Shown one piece after another: positions 26,522 to 38,896 of a DNA stretch of 64,000 nt. Position numbers and translations under genes: made by a program. The notes beneath the pieces are model-generated. The model ran no database searches. It had not been told where the DNA came from and saw only the letters and a list, made by a program, of their open reading frames with translations. The DNA lies in assembly GCA_973895155.1 (NCBI GenBank), contig OZ316898.1, positions 6,745,079-6,809,078 on the forward strand. The letters are read 5' to 3'. How positions within the stretch are numbered: position 1 is the first letter of the stretch; every line of letters begins with the position of its first letter. The stretch is from Marsupella aquatica (taxonomy: Eukaryota; Plantae; Marchantiophyta).

Positions 26522-29500
26522 CTAGATGTCAGGACCCCGATGTGGAATGATTTGATAGGATGTACTGCATTTGGTGTCATTGTTGGACATGTGTGGCAGA
26601 TCAGGAGCAACTTGTTTGGTGGGAAAGTGGATGCCATTGCCTTTCAGAGGTTTCCTGGAAGGAAGTAAAAATAATAACCAAGAACTCTGCTCATCAAGGT
26701 CAAAGACATTCCTGAAATTTTGTAATTTACCCATGTTGAATTCATTTTCCCATACCTGCATCCACAAACACAAAAGATGCATTATTGTTAAAGAGGAAAA
26801 GCATCATATATATGAAGATCCAATATCAACATCCACAGATCTTTTGTGCCAAAATGTTGAAAAGGGAATTGACTATGCCATCTCTACATGGGCATCTGCA
26901 CAAAACATTGGCTAGGTATGTGGTCATGTCTGACTGAAAAGATTTGTGATGACAGAAAGAATCATCACCTGCCCAATTCTTCTCCGTTCTCTTCTCCGTT
27001 GACGATTTGCATAAAAATCTATGGTTGTCTGGGCAGCCAATGAACTGAGAGTCAGTACCCATTGGCTTATTCCAAGAAAATAAAGCCTGGCCAAAAAATG
27101 GGAGCGACACAGCCACAGAATCCTCAATCTTGTAATTAAGAATTAATTATATGTAACCGTTAACCAAATCAAAGTAGAAATGGAATTCATTTGAGGCAGG
27201 TGATAGTATGTTAGATCAAACCAACCTGGGCAGTGAGGAGCAAGTAAATATGCCACCCAAGAAGGACCGATACAGAAATCAGCACTGTCAAAGCTAGCAC
27301 AAAAGTAAAGAGTACACCATTAAAAATTTTGGGTTCCTGCAAACAAAACGTCCCACAAAACGTTCACTCATTGGTATTAAAATTGTTACTCCAAGACCAA
27401 TATCCAAAACCCTCATTTATATTCAAGGACTGAACATGTCAAATCAACAAGTGAAGTCTGCCGTGAGCCACTTAAATTCTCTCAGAGTATGTTGGTCATC
27501 AAGGTTTTAAACCCCAATCACACACATAACATAGAAAATGACCATTGGCATTTCTAAGTATCATTTCTAAGTCATTGGCAATGTCAGGCTAGCTACTGGT
27601 CTTACAAGATACAAAAACTCTTCCGAGTCATTGTACAGCCCCCATATGAAAATTGTTGACCTGAAAAGTGGAATTGACGCCATGAGTGTAGTATATACAC
27701 ATCCTGCCCACATATAAACCACTGATACAATTCACATACAAAAAACTTAATGAGTTCATCTGTACAATTCTACAATTACATACCAGTGGTCAACAGGTAC
27801 CTGCATAGACATTGTACAACAAGATAAGTTGTCCAGCCATAGCAACCAAGGATTTGGTGCATTGCCCAGGTAGACAACACCTAGGAGAAATATGGATCTA
27901 GGGCAGGCTAAAGCTACTTACAAAATAAAGGATTTGGTGCATTGCCCAGGTAGACAACACCTAGGAGAAATATGGATCTAGGGCAGGCTGAAGCAACTTA
28001 CAGAATAAGAAGAAGTATCTATAGTTATAAAAGCCAATACAGTTGTGCATCCATGCTTTTGTACATGTAAAGGTATACACCGGTATGATACTACAAAACC
28101 ATGCTCTTACATTCTAATGGAAAAAATTACAAGAATGTCATACCCTAAAACAACTATCTTTCACCAGAGTCAAACACAACCAAGAAATGATGGATGATTA
28201 TAGACCCTCAACCTACTCTAACTCTTTTAGATCTAAATCTGTTGCAACCCTTGTACTGATTAAAAAAGTATGACATTCTAATGTTTCAATTTTTGAAGGA
28301 TACGGCAATGATGATCCATTTTCAATATACACCTGAAATAATGTACCAAACTTGTCTCAATGACGGTTCAAACAATCCAATTTAATAAGATGCACTTTGA
28401 AATATCTTGCCAACCATAGTCTATACATCATCCAGACAGTTAAGAACCCGGCCTTACTAACCTGACAAAATACCAGTGGGATAACTGAAGCCCCACAACA
28501 CAAAACCAGAAAAAGCCAAGAAAATAATCTCATAGATAAGGAGAGAATCATACCTCTTGCAGATATGGCAATGATGTGTCATTGGAGGTTTGGGTTTACG
28601 GCCTGAAAGTAAACCAATCAATGTCCATCTGCTATTCTCATTAACCCAAACAATAAACAAGAACACAAATCACAGATGAACTAAGCAACTCGTTCCTTAG
28701 GCATTTGGCACACCCTGGACTCATCAAGTACCCATCCAGCCTAGCTCCTGACCGCAACACAAGTGGAGGACAGAGGCTGGACTGGAAGGACACTTACAAA
28801 ACTCACAGTAAGCCCAGGACTACACATCAAATAGAAGAAGCACATATCTTCCGGCGGCATGTACTCACAGCGTTTGCACCATCTGTACTGACATGTAGCC
28901 AACTCATCTTTACTCAAATCCGCACCTGGCTCCTGGATTCCATAAACCATGGTGACCATGGAAGCAACCGATGCAAATTCTTTAGGAACACAACCAATTA
29001 AGTCACGATCTTGACCTGCTACTTTCATGGACATTTGCCAAGAACAATGAAAATTACTCCACATTAAGACACTGCAAAATACCTCCATAATCGAATTGTC
29101 TTAATAAAAAAATTATCCAGAGATGGCATGAAATGCAGCCTATTAAACTGGTTGAGCTTACACAATTAGTAGGAGGAGCTCCAGGATCTGTGTATATACA
29201 CCACAAATAGTTGAAGAAGACATTAAAAATCAACCATGACGATATCAGAATGTGACTGACGCCTTCCCAAGAATATACATTGTGGACTGCGGGTAACATG
29301 GTTGTAAAGAATAAATATATGACAACACTGCACAGGCAGATACACTACATTACACCATCCAACCTGAAAATTAAGCTGGTTGCACCAGCAATTGTATCCC
29401 CACCCTCCTAGTCATAAAAATAACTGACCCTGATGTGTTCCTCCTTAGCTGACAGAAAAATATTCTCAGACCAACAAACTGTTGCTAGATAACGAAATGT

Positions 29501-30045
29501 CATCCCCCAAGTCTGCCCACCAATTTGTTAAAACATACACTTAGTGGAGATAATCACCAACAGTATAGTCTTAATGACATCATTCCACCAAAGTCCCTTT
29601 CTGCATTATCTACTCTGACAGCTCACCTAGTCAGCCTTTACAATACCATTGAACAAACAAAGATGACATCTTTTTGCAAATGCTAATCTACCTATTATCC
29701 AGCCCAGAATTATGGTTTTCCCTGACATCAAATTAGCATTGGAGCCTTGCCAAAGTGACCAGATATAGATCCTCAACTTCAATAGAACCAAAACCACCTA
29801 TAATGTTTCAGGTTCCATAACCCCTAATAAGATCAACTTGATCCTTGTGGTGACAAGGCTTGAGGTGGAGTCTACAATCACACACTCACAATTATCTACC
29901 TGGCAAAGGTGAGAGGGAATGCAAGGGAAGAGAGCACCAACCTAATCAAAGTAAAAGCAAGGATAATGTACATGGGACCAGCAATTTGTACAACATAATC
30001 CAACATGAGTTGCAATCTGATCATGAATGCAGACCATCTGCACAT
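26522..30045 (-). CDS. DHHC-type protein S-acyltransferase (ZDHHC16-like), about 10 exons: 30045-29942, 29327-~29162, ~29015-28869, 28602-28554, 28332-28304, 28055-28002, 27721-27606, 27336-27226, 27028-26969, 26755-26522
   Basis: Spliced exons give 'TDPG', '[48 protein letters not shown]', 'GWHIYLLLTAQTTIDFY' and 'NEFNMGKLQNFRNVF'. The start codon and the exon 2/3 junction are uncertain. Confidence 0.88.
27849..28008. repeat. 80-bp tandem duplication that includes the exon-6 splice donor of the DHHC gene
   Basis: 'aggatttggtgcattgcccaggtagacaacacctaggagaaatatggatctagggcaggct.aagc.acttaca.aataa' occurs twice. Confidence 0.85.
28056..28303 (-). other. U12-type (minor spliceosome) GT-AG intron
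   Basis: 5' splice site GTATCCTTC, branch-like TACCTTTAC about 10 nt before the AG, and no polypyrimidine tract. It splits the Pro codon in DHHC-P-W. Confidence 0.82.
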
Positions 30046-32279
30046 TCAAAAAGATCCAAGGCAACAATGTAGACTTCACAAATCCCATCTTCATTGAGTG
30101 AATCCCAGACAACATATGTTGACAATCAAGTCAACACAAAATATGATTGGAAATCCCTGTATATCTAAACCTACCAAAAAATGCAATCCCAAGTTTGCAA
30201 CTGATCTGTCAAATAAAGAAACCCCCAAATAAACAAAACAGTGAGCAAACAAAGGGAATACCAGGGCGACTCATAAAACTTTTTTGCCCACTTACAAATA
30301 TTGAAATTGTCGGATCAGTGTACGAACACACATTTTTATGATTGTTCTTCCAGTAATATATGTGTTTCTAAGCATTGATAATGCTCAACTCATATCTCAC
30401 CCTCTTCCCTTCAGCCTCTACACTACTGATAAAAATAAAAAGATCAAAACATTTTGAGGTTGTTCATTTGTCGGATCTTTGATAGCAACAAATGACGCTT
30501 TAAGGCTACTCTTGTTTCCTGATGGGCGACAATCTCTACAATTTTCATGGCCAAATCATTGCAGCCCAATGGAGTAGAATCAGTGTAACAAATTGAGGAC
30601 ATTTCTCTGAAAATTTAGTCCCGGGGAGACAACATGATATATGATGGTGAAGTAGCTGCAGCAGCAAACTTGTCCGTCGTTCCCACCTCACCGTCTATCA
30701 GAGGGGAGGGGTGCACAGGCAGATCACTAAATCCCTTCCTTCTAGACTACTGATTCCCTCTCGTTTGTTCCCTCTCATTCATCCTCTGCTTCTTTGTCGC
30801 TCTCTCAAACCAGATGGAATGCTGCAATCCCATCTTGACCACTGTGGGTTCCCAAATAATCTCCCTGACTATCTGTGAAGTGTATGTGCGGATCTTGTGA
30901 TTGCTAATAAAAGATCTCTGATCAGAACAAAGGACCTTTGTGGAAGGTAGCAAAGGAAGGCAGTGGTGTAAGACCTTTGGCACGCTGTGAGGACCGAAGG
31001 TAGAGACTAGAAAGGATGGAACGAAGGAAGATGCACAATTTAAATGAACTAGAGTTTTGTTTAAGCAGAAACAAAACTGACCAACTATCATTATGCTTGA
31101 GTGAATCCATGGAGCCCCTTTGTTGGGTCTATTGCCTTTGGCAGAGTTTGGCTCGTTTATTATTTTGGCAGATATATAGCATCCTTCTTTCATATATATA
31201 TGGAACCCAAGATAAACTCTATCTTAATACCTTACATGAATTTTCTCTTTGTATATGTCAGGGTATTCATGGAGAAGAATGCACATTCAATCAAGATTTG
31301 CATACTTAGGTTCACATTCTCCTCTAATTTATTAAAATAGTAAAAATAAATCTCTTAGGCCCTTAAGAGTATTATTGTCCTATTACCAAAACATATGGGC
31401 GGTAGCAGCCCCTCAAAATTCCAGCTCAAGCTCTCCTTTTTGGGGGGCATTAATTATATCCCACATTGCTCTGGACACAGGACTTTGCTATATACTTCAA
31501 TCCCTTGAAGGTTTTTCTCTTTTGGTTTTGTTTCTACCTTATGAAAAGAATGCCCATCACAGGCTAACCAAGGCATTTTGAGATTTGTCCTGCATTTCTC
31601 TCTTGGCAAAAAAGTTAAACTTCAATTCACAGGAAATTTGGGTTTGTATTAAAGTGTGGAAAAGGAGAAAAATAACCAGAGTGAAACTATTAGGGTAAAG
31701 TGCATGAACTCCTTGTTACCAGGGTATAATAGGCCCTCAAACCGTGGGCTAAGACCCTGGTTTTTTTGTGGGGTGGGGTGGGTTGAGGTATTATACCTCC
31801 TCTTTGGAAGGAATGAGAGCTTCTATATATGTGTCATCCATTGAGTTACAAACTCAATGCATCCTCTCTCAAACACAGTTCATGAATATAGACAGTAACC
31901 AGTAGCAAAAATACCATAGTGCTGGGTGGCACCACACAAGAACTCAAGTCACCTCCTTTTAGTGCAACATTTTGCAAATGTTCTTTAGTCTTGCATGGAT
32001 ATTGGCAGTGACACATTGAGTCTAACTCAAATATTGAGAGACAAGCTTTTCTGTTAGAAACACTTTTTGATGTAAATCTTGAAGATTTGTTGTCCAGTTA
32101 CCTTACCATACAAGCATAGCGCAATTACCCAAAAGCCTCATCTTTGCCCGACATTTTGCAAATATTTTATAGCTTTTCATGGATAATGAGTGACACATTG
32201 AGACTAGCACAAATACCAAGAGAACACGGTTTCTCTACTCACCATCATGTTTATGTAATTTCTTCTCTTTATACAAGGA

Positions 32280-33400
32280 CTAGCTCAATACCCGTGCGTT
32301 GCACAAAAGAAGTCATGTCGGCCAAGATGTCATTGAGAAAAAATGAGGTAGTGTCAGCCAACAGGTCATGGAGAAAAAAGATGTAGTGTTGCCCAAGAGG
32401 TCGTGGAGAGAAAAGATGTTGTGTCGCCCAAGATGTCGTTGAGAGTAAAGATGTCGTGTGGCCCAAGAGGTCATTGAGAGTAAAGAAGTTGTGTTGGTCA
32501 ACATGTCGTTGAGAAAAAAAGATGTTGTATTGGCCAAGAGGTCCTTGAAAGAAAATATGTAGTGTCAACCAAGAGGTCATGGAGAAAAAAGAATGTCGTG
32601 TCGCCCAAGAGGTCATTGAGAAAAAAATATGTCGTGTCGACCAAGAAGACGTTGAGAAAAAAGACGTCGTGTTGGCCAAGAGATCATTGAGCAAAAAAAT
32701 GTCATGTCGGCCAAGAAGTTGTTGAGAAAAAAGATGTTGTGTCGGCCAAGATGTCGTTGAGAAAAAATTGTCATGTTGGCGACGATGTTGTTGAGAAAAA
32801 AACATTGTGTCGGCCAAGACATTGTTCACGGAAAATACCCGTGCGTTGCACAAAAGATGTTGTTAAGAAATAAGATGTCGTGTTGCCCAAGATGTTGTTA
32901 AGTGAAAGATGTCACAAAGTAAAAAGAAGTCTTAAAAAAAAGTCATTTTGCCAAACATGCCATTGTGTGAAAGATGTTATTAAGAAAAAGGTGTCATTTT
33001 GCCAAAGATATCGTGAAGTAAAAGATGTTAAAAGAAAAATGGGGTTTTCACCCAAGCTATTGTTCTGTGAAAGATGTTCTATGAAGTAAAAAATCAAGGA
33101 AACTAAGAAGGAGTGAGTCTTTTTCTTTGTTTTGTTTTGTTTTACCCAAAATGCCCATGCATTTGAATGGTGACCACTATAAATTGGAGCAACGTTATAT
33201 TATCAGTTTTAGGTTTAGTGTTTTAGGGTTTAGCAAAGATGACCATTCTCTCAATATCCTTTCAATCCCCGTGCGTTGCATAATAGATGTTGTTTGGTTA
33301 AAGATGTTGTTGAGAAATAGATCGTACGTGGTGCAAAAGATAATCGTTGAATAAAAATAATAATTGTTAAAATAAATTGTTGCACAAAAACTTTTGTTGA
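32280..33400 (-). mobile_element. Helitron 3' region with a minisatellite and three subterminal hairpin copies
   Basis: The minus strand reads TTTTGTGCAACGCACGGGTATTGAG-CTAG|T, ending at 32280. Further CCCGTGCGTTGCA copies lie at about 32838 and 33268. The intervening 'gtcggccaagatgtcgttgagaaaaaagatgt' array is related to 17364-17740. Confidence 0.72.
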
Positions 33401-34087
33401 GTGAAAGATATCATTGTGCAAAATAGTGACTATGGCAGCCACAAAAGTTCCCTTTTTTTTTCTCCTTGCACACAAAAATTCTTGAATAAAAGATGTCCTT
33501 GTGCAAAAGACTGGCTATGACAACCACAAAAGTAAAACAAACTGAGAGGTGTTTTTTCCCTATTTTGTTTCCTCTTTTCCTTTTTTTCTCTTATGTTCCT
33601 TTTAAACCTTAACCTCCCCCTTTTCCCCATTTTCTTATTTTTGGTCTTCTTTTTTTCACATTCACCATCACTCCACTCGTTCGCCCCCCCCCCCCTCCCC
33701 ACCCATGTGAGATTGAGGGGCTACCCTACATTGCGAGTGTGCCCCTGGCCTGATACCTTGCTATCAATGCCCATCCCATGTGCTTCTATTGTCTTTGGGC
33801 TCTATTACTTTTGTTTTTTGCATCGAAAATGACACTATAAATAACTGTAAAATCACCACAAATATTGGGAGAATCTTTTTTTATTGATCTAGTGACAAAT
33901 ATTATTAGCAATTAAACTACTTTTACCATTATTACACAAAATTATGATGCACACAATATGTAATATATGTGTACAATGAATATGTACAATACAAACTTGC
34001 ATGTGAGTATACTCCTTGATCCTTGTGCATTGGTCCTTGTGCATTTTATTAAAGTCTTTCACTTCTTTTTTTGTGTCTAGTGTAATT

Positions 34088-34431
34088 TGTTGAGCATAGA
34101 CGACATTCGTAACGACAAGCCCATGAACCATCCAATGCACAATAGTCGACACAGAGAGATACGTGGTTCACCTCCACATGAGGCTACGTCCACGAGAACA
34201 CACAAGAGCTTTATTGCACTCTAGGCCGACCGGCCATACCAAGCATCCACAGCACAAGTTCTCCCTATCTCTCAACTAGCTCCGTAACAATGAGCCTAAG
34301 TTCCACCAGGGTCTGGCATCAGCCCTGGCTATATGCACAACAGCACTACCGCTAACATTAACTAAGCTCAAACCCAAGTTAGCCTAATTGTAGTTAGCTC
34401 ATGAGTCACAAGACTAGAGCAATATCTAACA
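34088..34431 (-). repeat. 3' LTR of the Copia element
   Basis: Direct repeat of 40602-40945 with about 8 substitutions by eye. Confidence 0.95.
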
Positions 34432-34638
34432 AACTCCCCCTTGACTCTTGTCTTGGGGACTGAACTAAATGCTACCATATGGAATCCTCAGCGGGAAGTT
34501 CTAGACAATCACCAAACCAGGTCTCCCCCTAAAAACCACACGGGTTAACTAAGGGTTAACTAGAACTAAGCCGTAGCCTAACAGGAATGAGTAATCCATA
34601 TACAAATAGTCACACATTGCTAAATAACTCTACGTGCA

Positions 34639-37600
34639 CTACAATTGCAAAACCTGCAAAGTAGCACAGTGTCTTGAGAAACTCTCCAAAGGAATCACTT
34701 TGGTAAAGGCATCAACGGGATTGAGCTTTCCATCAATCTTGACTAGCTCAAAAGTTTTATCAGACACTGCTTGCCTAATAAAATGGTACCTGATATCAAT
34801 GTGCTTCACCCTGCTATCCATCACCTAGTTAGCAGCCAAGTGAAGAGGACTCTGACTATCACAATTTAGAGTCATTTTTCCATGCTCTAAACCCATCTCT
34901 ACGATCAACTTATCCAACCAAATTGCTTCCTTTGCTGCTTCTGCTGCTATAACATACTCTGCTTCTGTAGTAGACTGAGATATGCACTTCTGCAAGGTAG
35001 ATTTCCAACTGATACATCCTCCTCCAAGAGTGTATACAAACCCAGTTGTAGACCTCCTTGTATCCAGACAGCCTCCATAGTCAGAATCTACATAGCCAAC
35101 TAACGTTCTATCTGATCTCGCATCAAATAGTAATCCATAGTCCTGTGTTCCCTTCACATCCCTTCCCAGTGTACCTTCCCTGGATTTGACATGAATCTGC
35201 AGACCTTGCCCATCGCTAGGGCCAAGTCAGGCCTAGTACAAGTCATCAAATACATCAGACTGCCTACTGCCTTCTCATAAGGAATCTTAGCCATCAGACC
35301 TTTCTCCACAGCACTCGTAGGAGAGAAAGCCGATGATAATTTGAAATGTGAAGCTAACGGAATACTCAATGGCTTACAGTTCTCCATGTTGAATCGTGCA
35401 AGTACTTTCCTCGCATACTGGCCTTGACTCAAGCACAACTGTCCAGTCTCAGAGTTCCTAAAAATCTCCATCCCTAAGATCCTCTTGGCCTTACCAAGAT
35501 CCTTCATCCTGAATTCAACACTCAATTTTGCCTTGAGACTGTCAACCTTAGATTGATCTTTAGCCACAATTAGCATGTCATCCACATAGATCACCAGAAT
35601 GATGAAACCAAATACATCATTCTTGACTGATTTCGTATACACACAAGGATCATACACCATCCTTGTAAAACCTTGAGCAAGCATAAAATCATCAAACCAC
35701 TTGTTCCATTGTCTGGGAGACTGCTTCAATCCATACAAGGACTTGAGCAATCTGCAAACTAAGTTCTCTTGGCCTTTCTTCATAAATTCTAGTGGCTGTC
35801 TCATGAAGATCAACTCTTCCAAGTTGCCATAGAGAAAAGCAGTAACAACATCCATCTGATCCATCACCAGACCAAAAAACACAACAAGCTGACACAAGAT
35901 CCGAATTGTGGAATACTTAGCCACTGGTGAAAAGACCTCATTGTAATCCACTCCTTTCTCTTGAGTGAACCCCTTAGCAACAAGCCTTGCCTTGTAGATC
36001 TTATCTCCACCTTCTGAAGGACTGCCCTTCAACTTGTAAATCCACTTGCTGTCCACCACTTGTTGACCTCTTGGAAGCTCCACTAGCTCCCATGTCTTGT
36101 TGTCACTCAAAGATTGCAACTCCCTCTGCATTGCTGCATTCCACTCATGCTTTTGCTATGAAGCACAAGCCTCACTGTATGAAGAAGGTTCTCCTTCTTC
36201 CAAGATCAAAGCCATGTCATCATCATCAGGTGCAATGTCAATATCATCTAGCTTAGATGAGTCTGCCCATTAACCATACCTGGTAGGAGCTCAAGTAGAA
36301 CGACTGGAAGTTCTTCTAGTAGATGACTCAGGCTGATCTGCTACTGCTGCTAGTTGAATTTGAGGTACCCCAACAACAATCTGCTCCTCTTGTTCCATCA
36401 CAGGAATCAGCTCCAAGCCTGAAGCTTCTCCATCTCTCCTATCATGAACAGCATCATGACTAATCTCCCCCTCAACCCGGTCCGGGATAGGAGATTTCCC
36501 CTTGTCAGTATGGGAGTCCTGAGAACTCTCCCCCTCCTTTGATGATCTGGATTCATTAAAGGACACATCTCTACTGACAATTAGCTTATAGGTTACTGGA
36601 TCTCATAACCTATAGCCCTTCACACCTTTCTGATAGCCAAGGAAAATGCACTTCTTCGACTTGGACTCTAGCTTGGATCGAAGCTGGGAAGGTGTAAGCA
36701 CATAAGCATCACATCCAAAAATCCTCAGATGTGAGTAATCTGTTGGAACCGGTACCTCATTTCAAATGACGTCTTGAATCCAATAGAACTGGATGGAGAA
36801 AAATTTACCAAATAAGCTGCAGTGTTGACAGCTTTAGCCGAAAACTCATGTGGTAAGCATGATTGACTCAACATACTCCTCGAGCGGTCCAATAGTGTTC
36901 GGTTGAGTCTCTCAGAGACACCATTCTACTGAGGAGTATAACTTGTTGTGAGATGACGGGTAATCACCTGCTCCTTACAATACGTTCCAAATTTACCGGA
37001 ACTATATTCACCGCCGTTATCCGATCGAAGATATCTCACCTTATTACCAGTCTGATTCTCTACTTGGGCTTTCCACTCCTTAAAAGTGGCAAAAACATCA
37101 GACTTATTGTGTAGAAAGTATATTCACACATACCTTGAGTAATCGTCAATGAACGTGACATAGTATAACCGTCCAGAATGTGAGGGAGTAGGGGCTGGAC
37201 CCCACACATCACTATGTACATACTCAAGTACCTCCTTGCCGGTGTGAGTTCCAACTCCGAAGGGTTTCTTGTGCTGCTTCCCTAGCACACAGTGCTCACA
37301 AAATTCCAACTTACAAGATTGCAAATTAGAAAGTAATCCTTTCTTCTGAAGAATAACCAAACCTTTTTCACTCATGTGGCCCAAACGGAAGTGCCACAGT
37401 CCGGCCGTCTCCTGATGAGATAAGGTTACATTGGCTTCATCACAGACTACACTGCCCTCCAAAACGTATAGATTGCTATATTTCTTTCCCTTCATTACAA
37501 CTTTAGTACCAGTTGAAACCTGAAGGACACCATTAGCAGAACTCCACTGATGGTCATTTGCTTCTAAAACTCCAAGTGAAATGAGATTTTTCATCATGCT

Positions 37601-38896
37601 GGGAATGTGTCTCACATTCCTCAACGTTTTTACAACACCATCAAACATCTGAACTCTTACAGATCCAAGTCCAACTACTTGACATGGGATTCCATTTCTC
37701 ATCAACACTGACCCGTTGGAAACCGTGTAAGAACAGAAAAAATCTCTCTTAGAGCAAATGTGAAAAGTACATGCACTATCTAGAATCCAGTCATCACTAC
37801 CTGGACTTGACACTACGTTGAGAGCATAACCTTGACAGATCACAATATGTCATCATCATCGAGTAAATCTACCTCATGCGAGCTCGATGCCGCGTTAGCA
37901 GATGCAATAGGGACCTTTACTCGACAATCCCTTTTCATGTGGCCATGCTTGCCACAATTCCAACATGCAAGAGGCTTCCTCTCTTGCGATTTCCCTCTGG
38001 ATTTAGATCTCCCCCGTGATGTAGATCTAAACCTGTTCTGCCCATTCGTGTGCTGCGCTGTTCTTTCCCTGTTGACATTGAGCGCAGTGCCAGAAGAAGA
38101 TGCTGTCTATGATTGACCCAGCTTCTTCTGAGCATCATCAGACAGTAATGAGCTCACCACCTCATTATACAAAATGGACTTTAGATCTATGTACAAGAGA
38201 ACCTGTTTCAAGCCTTGATAAGACGACGGTAAGGAGCTTAGCAGAAGCAAGGCCTTATCCTCATCTTCAACTCCTTTTCCCAGGTTTGACAGATCCACTG
38301 CAAGACTGTCAAATTCATCCAGGTGATCCTGCATCTTGCTCCCTTCCTTGAGCCTGAGGCTCATCAAGAGAGACTTCTTGCATAGCCGATCTGACGCATC
38401 TTCCCGGTAATACTTCTCTCTAAGAGCCTTGAACAGTGATGAACAATCCGCATAATCATCCAACTGCTTGATGATGTGCGGCTTAAGATATAGCATCACT
38501 GCATTGACAGCAATCACCTGCTCCTGTCTCCACTGTCTCACAGAAATCTCCTCCTCTCCATCATACTGCTCTCGCGATGAAAGCAAATGAGCTAAGCCCA
38601 TGGCCCGTAGAACTCCCTTTACTTGCTTCTCCCAGAGCAAGTAATCAGTACGACCATCGTACTTCTCCACCTCAAACTTCACTCCTCCAAATCTAGCCAT
38701 CTCCCTCTTCTTCCCCACTACCGACAACTCTGGTAGTAGAACGGCTTCCTCCACTGCACGCCGCACCGGTGATCATACCGGTGTTACAAGTTCCTCCTCA
38801 AACGGTAGCAGCTCTTCCTCAGACTCACCGTCTGACCGTCGCGATCCTGAAGCTCCACCGACACCAATTCTTCTAGTATCCCCCGAGTCACTCATA
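34639..38896 (-). pseudogene. Copia gag-pol polyprotein broken by stops and frameshifts
   Basis: Fragmented ORFs: 38766-38107 (gag), 37843-37124 (PR/INT), 36131-35154 (RT), 35157-34825 and 34824-34639 (RNase H). Confidence 0.92.

Noticed and set aside
32269-32853. 194-aa ORF with repeated 'STTSW' motifs
   Set aside because: It is a translation of the Helitron minisatellite.
38107-38109. Programmed stop read-through between gag and pol
   Set aside because: The TAG lies within gag, upstream of the zinc knuckle, and the element has several other inactivating stops, so mutation is the simpler explanation.
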